Of a stretch of 43,647 bases of DNA, positions 34,014 through 42,992 are shown one piece after another (positions within the stretch are counted from its first letter, which is position 1; each line of letters begins with the position of its first letter). The position numbers were made by a program, and so were the translations under genes. This DNA is from a virus (taxonomy: Duplodnaviria > Caudoviricetes), in the IMG/VR virus record IMGVR_UViG_3300027612_000009, positions 1 through 43,647 of that record; one strand, given 5' to 3'. Below the pieces are notes generated by a model that worked only from the letters and a program-made list of their open reading frames with translations, made no database searches and was not told where the DNA came from.

Positions 34014-34534
34014 GGCTGCGCTGTGAAATACATTTCAACGACCGTGCCATACCGCGCAACCATCATTTTATAGGCTTGTTCCTTGTAAACCTCACGCCAG
34101 TTCAAAACCGATGCAGCGCGATACCGATCCAATAGCTGCCCGCCGATCTGGGACGATACATTGCCCCAGATCGCGGGTTCTGGAACCCCCCTGCCAGCGG
34201 CCATTTGCTTTTTGAGCCACACCGCGTAATCATCCGGCATGTAAGTTTCTGCGGCCTTCTTGCCCACCTGCCCGTCACCTCGCGGCATACTGGCGACGAA
34301 ACGCGCCTGCGTCGGCCAGGAATGACCATCATGCGTGTCTTCGACCCGGCTGAACACCTGGGCGATCTGTGCGGCATACTCCGGCCCGGTCGGCATATTG
34401 CGCGCAAAGGACTCGGAGATAGCTTCAATCCGCTTCGCCTGCGCGTCGTCGTCCATACCGCGCGGAGCCGCGTACCGGTCCAAGAAGTCCATAAGAAGCT
34501 CTGCCGCAATCGTCTTCCGCTCTTCAAACGTCAT
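34010..34534 (-). CDS. Hypothetical replication-module protein (possible helicase loader)
   Basis: Coupled directly downstream of the initiator-like gene; function from position only. Confidence 0.6.
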   Translation of the reverse strand: MTFEERKTIAAELLMDFLDRYAAPRGMDDDAQAKRIEAISESFARNMPTGPEYAAQIAQVFSRVEDTHDGHSWPTQARFVASMPRGDGQVGKKAAETYMPDDYAVWLKKQMAAGRGVPEPAIWGNVSSQIGGQLLDRYRAASVLNWREVYKEQAYKMMVARYGTVVEMYFTAQP

Positions 34535-34932
34535 GGCTCAACCTCTTTCCTTTTTTTGAGAACCTTGTCGCGCACACTTTTTGAGACCCCGCGCCTCGCA
34601 AGACCGCTCTTCCGCCCAGCATCGGCGCGCTTTTCGCTAATCTCTTCTTTGTGTTGGAGTTGATGGGCCGCGCGGGGATTTGACAAAACGCCGTCGGCCG
34701 CGACGACTATTTTGCCTCTTTCAATCAGTTGATCGGTCAACCAGCGAGCTTTTTGGATCGAACACCCCATGACGCCAGCAAGGTGCCGATCATCCCGGAC
34801 TGTGTTTCCGTCACGCGCATAGATCAGTTCGATCAGCACGGCATAGGCGCCGATCAGCTCCGGCCCCATGCCCTGCACCCCGTCAAGGAACGCATGAGGG
34901 TATCTCTTGTACCAAGGCTGACCCTGACGCAC
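34531..34932 (-). CDS. DUF1376/YdaU-like replication initiator N-terminal domain (short)
   Basis: PWYKRYPHAFLDG..GAY..LIELIY..LAGVMGCS..LSNPR..RADAGRKSG. Confidence 0.75.
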   Translation of the reverse strand: MRQGQPWYKRYPHAFLDGVQGMGPELIGAYAVLIELIYARDGNTVRDDRHLAGVMGCSIQKARWLTDQLIERGKIVVAADGVLSNPRAAHQLQHKEEISEKRADAGRKSGLARRGVSKSVRDKVLKKRKEVEP

Positions 34933-34935
34933 GCC

Positions 34936-35298
34936 CTACACCTCTACGATCTCGTGACCCATCGCGCGCAGGATTGCCCTCTTGAGCTTGTATTCAGGCG
35001 TCTTGAAGCCTTTGGCATCCTCGATCACCTGCATGCCGTCACGCCGGTAGACGAAATCCGCGACGTAGCTAAGACGCCGCCCTTTGTCCGACACCAACGG
35101 CATGTGCTGGCCGTGCAGATCGAACCGCACCTGCCGCTGCAAATCCGTGATCAGCTTGGCGCGCTGCAAGTTCAAAAGGTCAAACCAGCGCGCCGCTTCC
35201 TTCTGGGAATCGAAGACAAGTCCATCGACCTCGATCCGCTTGGACCGGTACTTACTATCGACCGCGCCTTGCAGCCACGATTTAGGGACGCGCGCCAC
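34936..35298 (-). CDS. DUF1064-family PD-(D/E)XK endonuclease
   Basis: SKY..DGLVFDSQKEA..L.RQVRF..YVADFVY..VIEDAKG..TPEYKLKR. Confidence 0.9.
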   Translation of the reverse strand: MARVPKSWLQGAVDSKYRSKRIEVDGLVFDSQKEAARWFDLLNLQRAKLITDLQRQVRFDLHGQHMPLVSDKGRRLSYVADFVYRRDGMQVIEDAKGFKTPEYKLKRAILRAMGHEIVEV

Positions 35299-35535
35299 CT
35301 AGCGACGACCCGTGCCGCGCCGTGACCAGCTATTTACCGACACAAGCCCGCCGGTGCGCACCTCAATTTTTTGCATTGCGCGAAAAGATGGTCGGCGGAT
35401 CCCGCTCAACATTTGGGACAAAAAGGCATCGCTAATATCCAGATGCTTTGCGATGTCTGTCTTGGACGCCTTGCTGTTACGCTCCAGGAATAGCGCAACA
35501 TACTCTTCGAGCGTCAAGTTGGGGCCATCTGCCAT
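35299..35535 (-). CDS. cro: Cro-like HTH repressor
   Basis: KTDIAKHLDISDAFLSQMLSGIRRPS..IEVRTGGLVS..W; divergent from cI-like gene. Confidence 0.85.
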   Translation of the reverse strand: MADGPNLTLEEYVALFLERNSKASKTDIAKHLDISDAFLSQMLSGIRRPSFRAMQKIEVRTGGLVSVNSWSRRGTGRR

Positions 35536-35553
35536 GCGTGTCTCCTTTTTTCC

Positions 35554-35623
35554 CAGATAGCTAAAAATTAGCTAAAAGGTCAAGGGAAAGGGCATGCGCA
35601 ATTCGTAATTTGCAAACTGCTAA
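35554..35623. promoter_or_regulatory. Divergent cro/cI promoter-operator region
   Basis: Leftward TTGACC-18-TATCTG; palindrome TAGCTAA-aaa-TTAGCTA (35558-35574); TTTGCA-aac-TGCTAA (35609-35623). Confidence 0.6.
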
Positions 35624-35656
35624 AAAATGCCCTACATTTAAGCAGGAGAAGCACGG

Positions 35657-35956
35657 ATGCGAATACGGATTTCTGAACTGCGAAAAGCCAAAGGCATCAG
35701 CCAGAGCGATCTGGCTGCTCGTATTGGCATATCCGGTCCATACCTGCACCAGCTCGAAAAGGGCGTCCGCAAGATCACAATGGAGCGCCAAAAAGAAATC
35801 GCGGACGCCCTCGGTGTGGATCCGCGAGATTTGGTTGATTTTTCAAGCTCAGACGAGCAGATAGAACAGATTATGAGTGCCTTTAATCGCGCGTCTGCGT
35901 CTGATCGGGCAATGATTCTGTCGTGGGCTCAGGCAATCCTAGACCGTGATCAGTGA
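35657..35956 (+). CDS. cI: CI-like XRE HTH repressor lacking an S24 peptidase domain
   Basis: ISELRKAKGISQSDLAARIGIS..LEKG..IADALGV; only 99 aa; AGGAG SD. Confidence 0.85.
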   Translation: MRIRISELRKAKGISQSDLAARIGISGPYLHQLEKGVRKITMERQKEIADALGVDPRDLVDFSSSDEQIEQIMSAFNRASASDRAMILSWAQAILDRDQ

Positions 35957-36162
35957 TCGCGCGCTTCAACTCCCCTAGCTGATCACCTGACATTCGGCGC
36001 AGCTTCGCCTTGAGCCTGAACGCGCTGCCCGTGTCATGCTGATGTTCTGCCATAAGACCAACCCTTCTCCAATCTGACCAATTCACCGCGTCGAAAATCG
36101 ACTGGCGGCAAGAGGTTACGCAGCGTGCGTAGCTCTATCAATCATACAGCTCTTTTTTGCCG

Positions 36163-36189
36163 TTGCGCTAATGTTTAGCAGAGTGCTAA
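36163..36189 (+). promoter_or_regulatory. Operator/promoter of the recombination operon
   Basis: TTAGCA-gag-TGCTAA at 36175-36189, same palindrome as at 28808. Confidence 0.6.
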
Positions 36190-36219
36190 CAATGTGCAAT
36201 GCAATCTAAGAGAGGAAGC

Positions 36220-36492
36220 ATGTCAAAGACCATCCTTGAGTGTGAAATCGAGGTGTATCAGTCGCTTAAAGACGGCAACCGCTACATCGCGATGATTGAA
36301 GGGTTCGATTGGGTGTTCCGTGGCCGCACGCCGATGCAGGCGCACAGCTACGCGGACAAGTGGCGCAAAGACCGGTGGAACGAGATCGCCAAGCCAGACG
36401 AACGTGTTGGCCCAGCGAAGACCCGCAAGGCCCGCGCGCTGAAACCCAAAGACCTTATCCCGAAAACCAAAAATGAGGAAATCGAGCCATGA
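36220..36492 (+). CDS. Hypothetical protein
   Basis: GAGGA SD before ATG 36220. Confidence 0.7.
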   Translation: MSKTILECEIEVYQSLKDGNRYIAMIEGFDWVFRGRTPMQAHSYADKWRKDRWNEIAKPDERVGPAKTRKARALKPKDLIPKTKNEEIEP

Positions 36493-37478
36493 AGGATCTC
36501 GACACCAGACTGCTGCCCGGCGTCTATGATGGGCTGCCGAACGAGGTCTATCACGGCGATTGCTGTGTGGGCCCGTCGATCAGTTCTACTGGTATCCGCG
36601 TCTGCGCCAAAGACCCCTTCCTTTACTGGCAAACCAGCCCGCTCAACCCGCAGGTGGAGCGCAGGAAGCAGGAAGAAGAGGCCAAGCGCATCGCCGCAGG
36701 CATGCCCCCGCCCCCAGCCAGCACGTTTACCAGATTCGCGACGGGATCCGCGGCGCACCTCATGCTGTTGGAGCCGGAGCTTGTATCGCAAGGCATCGCT
36801 GTTGTGCCCGAAGACATGCTTGCATCGAACGGCGCGCTGTCGACCAAGGCCGCGAAAGAGTTTGTCAAAGAACAGGCCGATTCTGGCCGCGTTGTTCTCA
36901 AGCCCGAAGAATGGGATCGCATCTGCGATATGGCCGACGCTCTAGGCTCGAACCCCCGCGTGATGAAGCTGCTTGAGGGCGGCACTGTCGAACAGTCGCA
37001 CATCTGGCAAGACCCGGAAACCGGCGTCTACCTCAAAAGTCGCCCGGATGTCATGCCGAAGGCAGGCGGCGAATGGATCGTGGACTACAAGACCACCGAC
37101 CGCGACGACATCGAGGCTTGGGAGCGCGCTGCGACCTGTGACCACCGCCTTGATATGCAGGCCGCGCTGCAAATGGCGGGCGCATACGAGGCGTGCGGGC
37201 TGGAAGCTCAAGGCGTCGTCTACATCGTCCAGCATGTGCGGACCGCACGCATCGCGATCAGGTATTTCGACCGCGACGGGCATGCCGACATCATCAACGT
37301 CGCCCGCCTCGATCTCCGCAAGGGGATTAACGCTTTTGCCCATTGCTGGGAATACGGCGATTGGCTTGGGCCTTGGGAGTTCGAGGGCGGCATCACCGCG
37401 CCCGATTTCCGCGAGCGGCAGATTACCAAGCAGCTTGAGGAAAGCGCCATGCCGTTTGTGGGGAGGTACGGTATCTGA
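36489..37478 (+). CDS. RecE / exonuclease VIII-like PD-(D/E)XK nuclease (DUF3799-like)
   Basis: PGVY.GLPNEVYH..ISSTG..GSAAH..LLEP..EQS..W.D.ETGV..KSRPD..IVDYKTT..QAA. Confidence 0.9.
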   Translation: MKDLDTRLLPGVYDGLPNEVYHGDCCVGPSISSTGIRVCAKDPFLYWQTSPLNPQVERRKQEEEAKRIAAGMPPPPASTFTRFATGSAAHLMLLEPELVSQGIAVVPEDMLASNGALSTKAAKEFVKEQADSGRVVLKPEEWDRICDMADALGSNPRVMKLLEGGTVEQSHIWQDPETGVYLKSRPDVMPKAGGEWIVDYKTTDRDDIEAWERAATCDHRLDMQAALQMAGAYEACGLEAQGVVYIVQHVRTARIAIRYFDRDGHADIINVARLDLRKGINAFAHCWEYGDWLGPWEFEGGITAPDFRERQITKQLEESAMPFVGRYGI

Positions 37479-37735
37479 TGGATCACATCACCCCTCTCAG
37501 CGGGACGCGCCGCGCGAACGACGGCCCGGAGGTGTTCGCCGTTGTCGCAGAGTGGGCCAACCAAGGCCCGCTCCTGATGGAGACCGGAGGCGTCTCTTCA
37601 TCCTACGAGGCCGCAATGAAGCGGTGCCAAGAGTTTTCCGGGCGACCGGGGATCCTGCGCGTGGCCGTTGTTCGGCTGACGCTCGAACACGGAAATGAAT
37701 TGCTACTGCACGACATGGAAAGGATGCAGAAATGA
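37478..37735 (+). CDS. Hypothetical protein
   Basis: Coupled on both sides; GGAGGT SD. Confidence 0.65.
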   Translation: MDHITPLSGTRRANDGPEVFAVVAEWANQGPLLMETGGVSSSYEAAMKRCQEFSGRPGILRVAVVRLTLEHGNELLLHDMERMQK

Positions 37736-38862
37736 ACCAACACCTCACAAGCTACCAGGGCGACAAAACCCCGGCGACCGGCGCAGTCGCGCCCCGTGGC
37801 CGTCTTTCTTTTGATCTCATGGACCCCACCGCGTTCCAGCACATCCAGCGCGTGGCCGTGATGTACGCCAATTCCCCCCTCTTCCCTGATCACCTGCGCA
37901 AAGGTGGGCAACAGACAGCCATTGCGAACGCCGTGCTGGTGATGAACATCGCGGAGCGCCTGCGCGAAGACCCCCTCACGGTGGCGCAGCAAATCTACTT
38001 TGTCGGCGGCAAGCCCGGCTGGGCGGCGACATACATGATCGCCAAAGCGAACCAGCATGGCGTGTTCAAGAACCCTATCGACTGGAAGGTGACAGGGAAG
38101 AAAGAGACGCTTTCCGTCACAGCGCACGCCGAATTGGCATCGACGGGCAAGAAGGTCGAAGTCACTGTCGACATGGAAACCGCGAAGGCCGAGGGCTGGA
38201 CGCGCAACAGCAAATACCAGTCCATGCCGGAGCAAATGCTCCGCTATCGCTCTGCCACTGCACTGATCCGTCTTTACTGCCCGGAAGTGATGATTGGGGT
38301 TCCCCCGGCGAACGAGGTCGAGGACCAGCATTACTCCATGCGCGACGTGACGCCAGAACCGGAACAGGCGGAAGCGCCCGCGACAAAGGCCGTGGTTGCA
38401 GAGTCGGATGTCGAGGACGCCGAGACCATCGAAGAAGACCCGGAGCCCGAAAAACAGGTTCGCAAGCCTGTCGATCGCACACCGCCGAAGCCTGCCGAGA
38501 AGGCAAAGGAGCCGGATCCCGTGGCCGAAGAGCCTAAGGAAGAGGCGAAGGAACCCGAGCAGGAACCTGAGCCGAAAAAAGAGGCCGCGAAGCCTGCACC
38601 GGCAAAAGAGCCCGAAGAGCAGCCGAAACAGGAAGCCCAAGGCTCTATGCTGGACGAGGAACCCGAGCAGAAAGCCGCGCCCAAGACGAATTACGACGCT
38701 CTGCGCAAGGCGGTCATTTCCGACTTGGAAGCCAGCAGCGGGGACATCACCGGCGTCATTGGATTCTACGGCAGCCAACTGATCGACATGCGCGAGAACG
38801 CCAAGGATGTCTTCGACGCGCTTCAAAAGGAAGTCGGCGTTGATCTGAGCGCCGAGCTTTAA
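37732..38862 (+). CDS. RecT-like ssDNA-annealing protein with long acidic/Pro-rich tail
   Basis: PLTVAQQIYFVGGKP..AKAEGW..KYQSMPEQMLRYRS..RLYCPEV..G..E; downstream of exonuclease. Confidence 0.8.
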   Translation: MNQHLTSYQGDKTPATGAVAPRGRLSFDLMDPTAFQHIQRVAVMYANSPLFPDHLRKGGQQTAIANAVLVMNIAERLREDPLTVAQQIYFVGGKPGWAATYMIAKANQHGVFKNPIDWKVTGKKETLSVTAHAELASTGKKVEVTVDMETAKAEGWTRNSKYQSMPEQMLRYRSATALIRLYCPEVMIGVPPANEVEDQHYSMRDVTPEPEQAEAPATKAVVAESDVEDAETIEEDPEPEKQVRKPVDRTPPKPAEKAKEPDPVAEEPKEEAKEPEQEPEPKKEAAKPAPAKEPEEQPKQEAQGSMLDEEPEQKAAPKTNYDALRKAVISDLEASSGDITGVIGFYGSQLIDMRENAKDVFDALQKEVGVDLSAEL

Positions 38863-38916
38863 CCGCCCGTGCCGGGCGGCAGGCTCGCCCGGCGCACAAC
38901 CCCACGGGAGAAGACA

Positions 38917-39168
38917 ATGAGTGCAAAGATCAAAGACGCACGGACCGCCCGCAAGGGCGAGCAGATCGGTGGCGGATATTTTGTGTTTCGTCGCGGCGAT
39001 GGCACCGGACGTATCCGCCCTAGCCCTTGGCCCTTTGAACACCCCACAATCTGCGCCGCCAAGCGGGAAGCAGACAAGCTCGCGAAGATGCAGCCCGGCT
39101 TTCAGTTCGATGTCGTCCAAGTTTGCTACAGCGCGCGTGAAGAACCCAAGGTGGAGGGTTCGTCCTGA
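38917..39168 (+). CDS. Hypothetical protein
   Basis: GGAG SD; PFEHPT..A..EA.KLA..PG.F. Confidence 0.7.
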   Translation: MSAKIKDARTARKGEQIGGGYFVFRRGDGTGRIRPSPWPFEHPTICAAKREADKLAKMQPGFQFDVVQVCYSAREEPKVEGSS

Positions 39169-39857
39169 TGGCTATTCAAGGCTTGCCGTTGCAAGCGAAA
39201 GGCAAGTCCATCGCGCTCATAATATGCGACGACTGCGGGCAAAGCCAAGAAGTGCCGTGCGCGTACAGCGGAAAGGTAGACCGTCGAACAAAAATTGCGA
39301 GGCCGAACGACGGGCAAGCTCGTGCAAGAGCCCTCGACGTAGGCTGGTCAGTCGTGCGGAACAAAATGCGTTGCCCAAAATGCGAAGAAAAAAGGAAAGC
39401 TCAACCCATGCCTATGAACAAGGAAATAAGCGCCAAGCCCCCGCCCGCCAAACCGCAGGCTGCGCGTACTCCCAGCAAGCGCGAACGGATCGAGATATTT
39501 GCTCTGCTGGCCGATGTCTACGACATCGACGCAGGCCGCTACCGGAACGCCGAGACCGACGATAGCGTGGCCGATGTTTTGGGGGTCATGCCCGGATGGG
39601 TCGCAGAAATCCGGGAGGCTGAGTTCGGACCTGATGGCTCGAACGACGAAATTGCCAAACTCAGCGAAGCGTTTGAACAGTCGCGCACAGCGTTCCGCGA
39701 CCTGCTGAACCAGATCGAAACCATAGGCGACGAGTTCACCCGCATCAAAACCGAAACGAAGGCGCAGAAGGAGCGCCTTGATTCCGCGACTGCCAAACTT
39801 GGGGCGATTAAATCCGCCTTGAGCCAGCGCATCAACAAAGCGCCAGGAGTAAAGTGA
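39168..39857 (+). CDS. Hypothetical protein with Zn-finger, HTH-like and coiled-coil segments
   Basis: CDDC..GW..CPKC; TDDSVADVLGVMPGWVAEIREAEFGP. Confidence 0.75.
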   Translation: MAIQGLPLQAKGKSIALIICDDCGQSQEVPCAYSGKVDRRTKIARPNDGQARARALDVGWSVVRNKMRCPKCEEKRKAQPMPMNKEISAKPPPAKPQAARTPSKRERIEIFALLADVYDIDAGRYRNAETDDSVADVLGVMPGWVAEIREAEFGPDGSNDEIAKLSEAFEQSRTAFRDLLNQIETIGDEFTRIKTETKAQKERLDSATAKLGAIKSALSQRINKAPGVK

Positions 39858-39858
39858 C

Positions 39859-40146
39859 ATGAACCAGAAAACCCCATGCGATTGCAGGAAATGCCAAGCG
39901 GAGCGGATCCTCGATCTCGCCCGCGAGCAGGCAAAGCGCGCCCCGGAGGACGAGCGCGCGACCGTCGCAATGAACGACGTGATTTCCGCCATCACGCTGC
40001 ACGCGATTGAGCATGATGTCGGTCTCTACGACCTTATCCGGTCCATTGCGATGGCCCACGGTGAAATGACCAAGCAGCTCGCGCGGATCGCACGGCTGAC
40101 CGACCGCGAATTGCGGGAGGAAGAAGCGAAGGGGTATGTGCAGTGA
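39859..40146 (+). CDS. Hypothetical protein
   Basis: AGGAG SD; CDCRKC. Confidence 0.65.
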   Translation: MNQKTPCDCRKCQAERILDLAREQAKRAPEDERATVAMNDVISAITLHAIEHDVGLYDLIRSIAMAHGEMTKQLARIARLTDRELREEEAKGYVQ

Positions 40147-40352
40147 CCTGTTCCGACATCACGCATCCCCTTATCCCACCCGCGATGAAGATCGCCCACC
40201 TTTGCGCGCCCCTGTCGTCTGGCCGGATACCGCAGGAGGTCTTGGTTTTGGACGCCGAAACGGTCGCGATCTGCGTCGAGGTCGATGGCGTCGATTACAT
40301 CATGTCGATGGTGCGCATCCCGCGCCAACGCGTGAAGCCGAAGACACAGTGA
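40143..40352 (+). CDS. Hypothetical protein
   Basis: GTGA-coupled ORF filling the gap to xis. Confidence 0.55.
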   Translation: MTCSDITHPLIPPAMKIAHLCAPLSSGRIPQEVLVLDAETVAICVEVDGVDYIMSMVRIPRQRVKPKTQ

Positions 40353-40361
40353 GGGACTGAC

Positions 40362-40577
40362 ATGCCCGCGCCGCGCCAATTTAAGCCTGTTGCCGTGCGA
40401 GACACGACGGCTGCCGCCATGCTCGACATGAGCGCGGCTGAGTTTCGACGGTTGGTTGAGCGCGGCGCACTCCCGCCGCCTTCCCGCATCGGTGGACTTG
40501 AGCGGTGGCGCGTCGATCAGATCGAGGCCATACTACGGGCTGACGCAGCCCGCCCCGAAGAGAATTTTGAACTGTGA
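40362..40577 (+). CDS. xis: Excisionase / AlpA-like HTH protein
   Basis: AAAMLDMSAAEFRRLVERGALPPPSRIGGLERWRVDQI; overlaps the integrase start. Confidence 0.8.
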   Translation: MPAPRQFKPVAVRDTTAAAMLDMSAAEFRRLVERGALPPPSRIGGLERWRVDQIEAILRADAARPEENFEL

Positions 40578-41611
40578 AGCCCCCGAAACCTCGGATTACG
40601 AAACCGCGCCTTGTCTGGCGCTGGACGCGCGGCAAATGGGTGCCGCGCCATCGCGTGACATGGACCGAAGGCGGTCAACAGCGCAGTCGCGAAATCACCC
40701 TTGATTGGAAAGGTGATCCGCGCGAGCTTGATCGGCTGTATTGGGAAGCCCAAAGCGGCACACATGAGGCGCAGCGCACCAAGGAACGCTACTCGTGGAG
40801 AGCCTGCATCAAGGCATGGCGATCCGATGTTAGTGTTCAAAGCCGTGTCGCGGCGTCGACCAAGACGCAATACGGGCGCGTCATGGATGTCATCATGGAA
40901 AAGAACGGCCCGAAGGACATGCGCAAGACGACGCGGCAGGCCGTGAAGGCCGCGCTTGCGAAACTGTCCGACACACCGCGCAAGGCGTCTCGCTACGCGC
41001 AGGTGATCAGCCTGTTGTGGAACTATGCCGCAAAAGAGCTTGATTGGCCTCTTGGTCCGAACCCGGCTGCCGGTCTGGGCGCACACAAACCCGCAAAGCC
41101 TTTCGAGCCGTGGCCCGCGTGGATGGTGAAGGCGCTGGATAACGCGCCGGAGACGGTGCGGATCGCCGCAAACCTGATCCGCTACACCGGCCAGCGTCCC
41201 AGCGCCGCAATCAGCATGCGCCGCGACCAGATCCAAGGCGACTGGATGATCGTTCACGACGAAAAGGGCGACCAAGAGCTTGATGTCTACTGCCCGGCCC
41301 CGCTGCGCGCCTTTGTGGCCGGGCTCGCGCCGGGCGGCGCGCACCTGATCCCGAAGAACCTGACGCAGCCCTTGGGCTATGACGCGGTGGAGAAGGCGTT
41401 TCGCAAGTGGCGTGCCGACCTGGGCGAACGGGCTTTGCCCTTCTCGCTGCACGGTCTACGCAAGCTCGCCATCATCGAACTAGCCGAGGCAGGCGCCAGT
41501 GACGCCGAGATCCAAGCCGTGACCGGTCAGAGTGCCGAAATGGTCGCGTATTATCGAAGCAAGGCGAGCCGCCGCCGCCTATCTAAAGCGGCGCAGGAAA
41601 GGAGAGAGTGA
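40574..41611 (+). CDS. int: Tyrosine recombinase / integrase
   Basis: YTGQR, EKG, HGLRK, TGQS, AYY catalytic pattern; near the tRNA fragment. Confidence 0.93.
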   Translation: MKPPKPRITKPRLVWRWTRGKWVPRHRVTWTEGGQQRSREITLDWKGDPRELDRLYWEAQSGTHEAQRTKERYSWRACIKAWRSDVSVQSRVAASTKTQYGRVMDVIMEKNGPKDMRKTTRQAVKAALAKLSDTPRKASRYAQVISLLWNYAAKELDWPLGPNPAAGLGAHKPAKPFEPWPAWMVKALDNAPETVRIAANLIRYTGQRPSAAISMRRDQIQGDWMIVHDEKGDQELDVYCPAPLRAFVAGLAPGGAHLIPKNLTQPLGYDAVEKAFRKWRADLGERALPFSLHGLRKLAIIELAEAGASDAEIQAVTGQSAEMVAYYRSKASRRRLSKAAQERRE

Positions 41612-41868
41612 TGACGACACGAAAAATAACGAGGAAAGAGGCAACGGATGAACAAAGGATTAATGTAACGCGATTTCTTTCCATTGCGGAAAAGGCATTG
41701 CTGAGCGCAGCGTCCGTTAAGGTAAAGCCGGGTGTGGCTGTTATGACAGCGCCGATGCTGGACAAGACTTTGGATATGGCGAGGAAAATAAAGGATCAAA
41801 AATCCACAATGGAAGACGAGTTTGGCAGTCTCGATGAAATCATCAGTGATAGGATGGCGGGCAAGTGA
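41611..41868 (+). CDS. Hypothetical protein (lower GC)
   Basis: TGATG-coupled to int; AGGAG SD. Confidence 0.6.
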   Translation: MTTRKITRKEATDEQRINVTRFLSIAEKALLSAASVKVKPGVAVMTAPMLDKTLDMARKIKDQKSTMEDEFGSLDEIISDRMAGK

Positions 41869-42179
41869 AATTGAAGGAGACACTTATCGCCTACAACCCT
41901 GGCACCGCAGAGATCGCAGTTGGTCCCCTGCTTTACGAAGGGGATGCAGATTGGACGCTGCCCTACCGCTACACGATGGGAGCAGCATTTACCGAGGTGC
42001 GTGGACTTACGGGCATGGAGGCCAAGCAGCGGGTTATGTCTGAATTTATCGGCGCAGTTGTCCGTGATCGCGTGGACCTCGACGCAGCACACAAAGCGTT
42101 TTGGCAGATCGAAGAGTATCGGAACGCTGTCCCGCACGACACACCAGCGCCCGCAGAACAGAACAAGACCGAAACGTGA
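41865..42179 (+). CDS. Hypothetical protein
   Basis: GTGA-coupled 104-aa ORF. Confidence 0.65.
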   Translation: MKLKETLIAYNPGTAEIAVGPLLYEGDADWTLPYRYTMGAAFTEVRGLTGMEAKQRVMSEFIGAVVRDRVDLDAAHKAFWQIEEYRNAVPHDTPAPAEQNKTET

Positions 42180-42379
42180 CTCTGTGACTCGGGTGTGTGA
42201 CACACTATGATCTCGACCGAGCCGAAACCCGCTAAGTCATTGGTGCCCAAGGTGGGATTCGAACCCACACGCCTTGCGGCGGGGGATTTTGAATCCAGTC
42301 GACTAGCATAAAATTCAAAAGGTTAGTGCTGCTCGTGTCACAGAGACATAACGGAAACAAACCGTGAAACTGTGACACG
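42176..42379. repeat. Integrase arm-type and IHF-like sites around the att core
   Basis: (T)GTGAC at 42176, 42183, 42196; perfect inverted pair CGTGTCACAG (42334) / CTGTGACACG (42370); TAAGTCATTG and ATTCAAAAGGTTA flank the core. Confidence 0.65.
42241..42296 (-). mobile_element. attP: att core: 3' half of tRNA-Leu(CAA), anticodon arm to CCA
   Basis: Reverse complement GGATTCAAAATCCCCCGCCGCAAGGCGTGTGGGTTCGAATCCCACCTTGGGCACCA: CAA anticodon, long variable arm, T-loop GGTTCGAATCC, CCA end; no 5' half. Confidence 0.9.
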
Positions 42380-42405
42380 TCCATTTACCCACGAAAGGAA
42401 CCACG

Positions 42406-42645
42406 ATGCCTACCTTGAAACTAAAGGACGCGAACCAAGAGCCTGACGAGGCGACAGTTGCCGCATTGCGGGAAAGCCTTGAGTTGGCTGAGAGCGGGAA
42501 GCTCAGATCGGTCGCAATAGCGGGCAACCTGATCGGCAATATGACATACACCAATTTTGCCACAACAGACCTACAAGAGAGCATCGGCCTGACATCCTTC
42601 CTGCATCACACCCTTTGCGCGAGGCTTCGGGAGAGCAGGGAGTAA
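42406..42645 (+). CDS. Hypothetical protein
   Basis: AAAGGA SD; LRESLELAESGKLRSVAIA. Confidence 0.7.
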   Translation: MPTLKLKDANQEPDEATVAALRESLELAESGKLRSVAIAGNLIGNMTYTNFATTDLQESIGLTSFLHHTLCARLRESRE

Positions 42646-42648
42646 GCC

Positions 42649-42984
42649 TCACCCAGCCTGCTGAATGATCGCAATCGGGACGTAGCCGCCATTCGGGAAC
42701 GTCTCGATTGACCCATCGGCCCGCGTGACCTCCCATTCAGCTACAAACCCGCCGTGCGTGTCTGTATCGGCAGGGGCCCAATCGTAGCGGACTTCTCCGG
42801 CAAGCGCGTCGACCACAACAGCATCGGCCTTCACCTTGGCCGTGCCAATACTGTCCTCAGACGCCATGACGAATTTAACGGTCGAGCCGGTCAAGTTTTC
42901 AGCGGTCACGCCGTCCGGTAGAATGAGTGTGTAGGCAATGCTGGGGCTCGTGTCGCCCTGCTTAATGATGAACGGACCTGACAT
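42649..42984 (-). CDS. BppU-like (Ig-fold) virion protein
   Basis: FIIKQGDTSP..LTGSTVKFVM..GEVRYDW..DTD..G.F.AEWEVT.ADG.IETFPN.GY. Confidence 0.8.
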   Translation of the reverse strand: MSGPFIIKQGDTSPSIAYTLILPDGVTAENLTGSTVKFVMASEDSIGTAKVKADAVVVDALAGEVRYDWAPADTDTHGGFVAEWEVTRADGSIETFPNGGYVPIAIIQQAG

Positions 42985-42992
42985 AATAGCTC

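Noticed and set aside
37603-39120. 505-aa minus-strand ORF and similar long antisense ORFs (25742..26836, 22975..24063, 40517..41452)
   Set aside because: Antisense shadows of well-supported genes in GC-rich DNA
42241-42330. Complete tRNA-Leu gene
   Set aside because: The 5' acceptor strand and D-arm are absent; only the anticodon-to-CCA half is present
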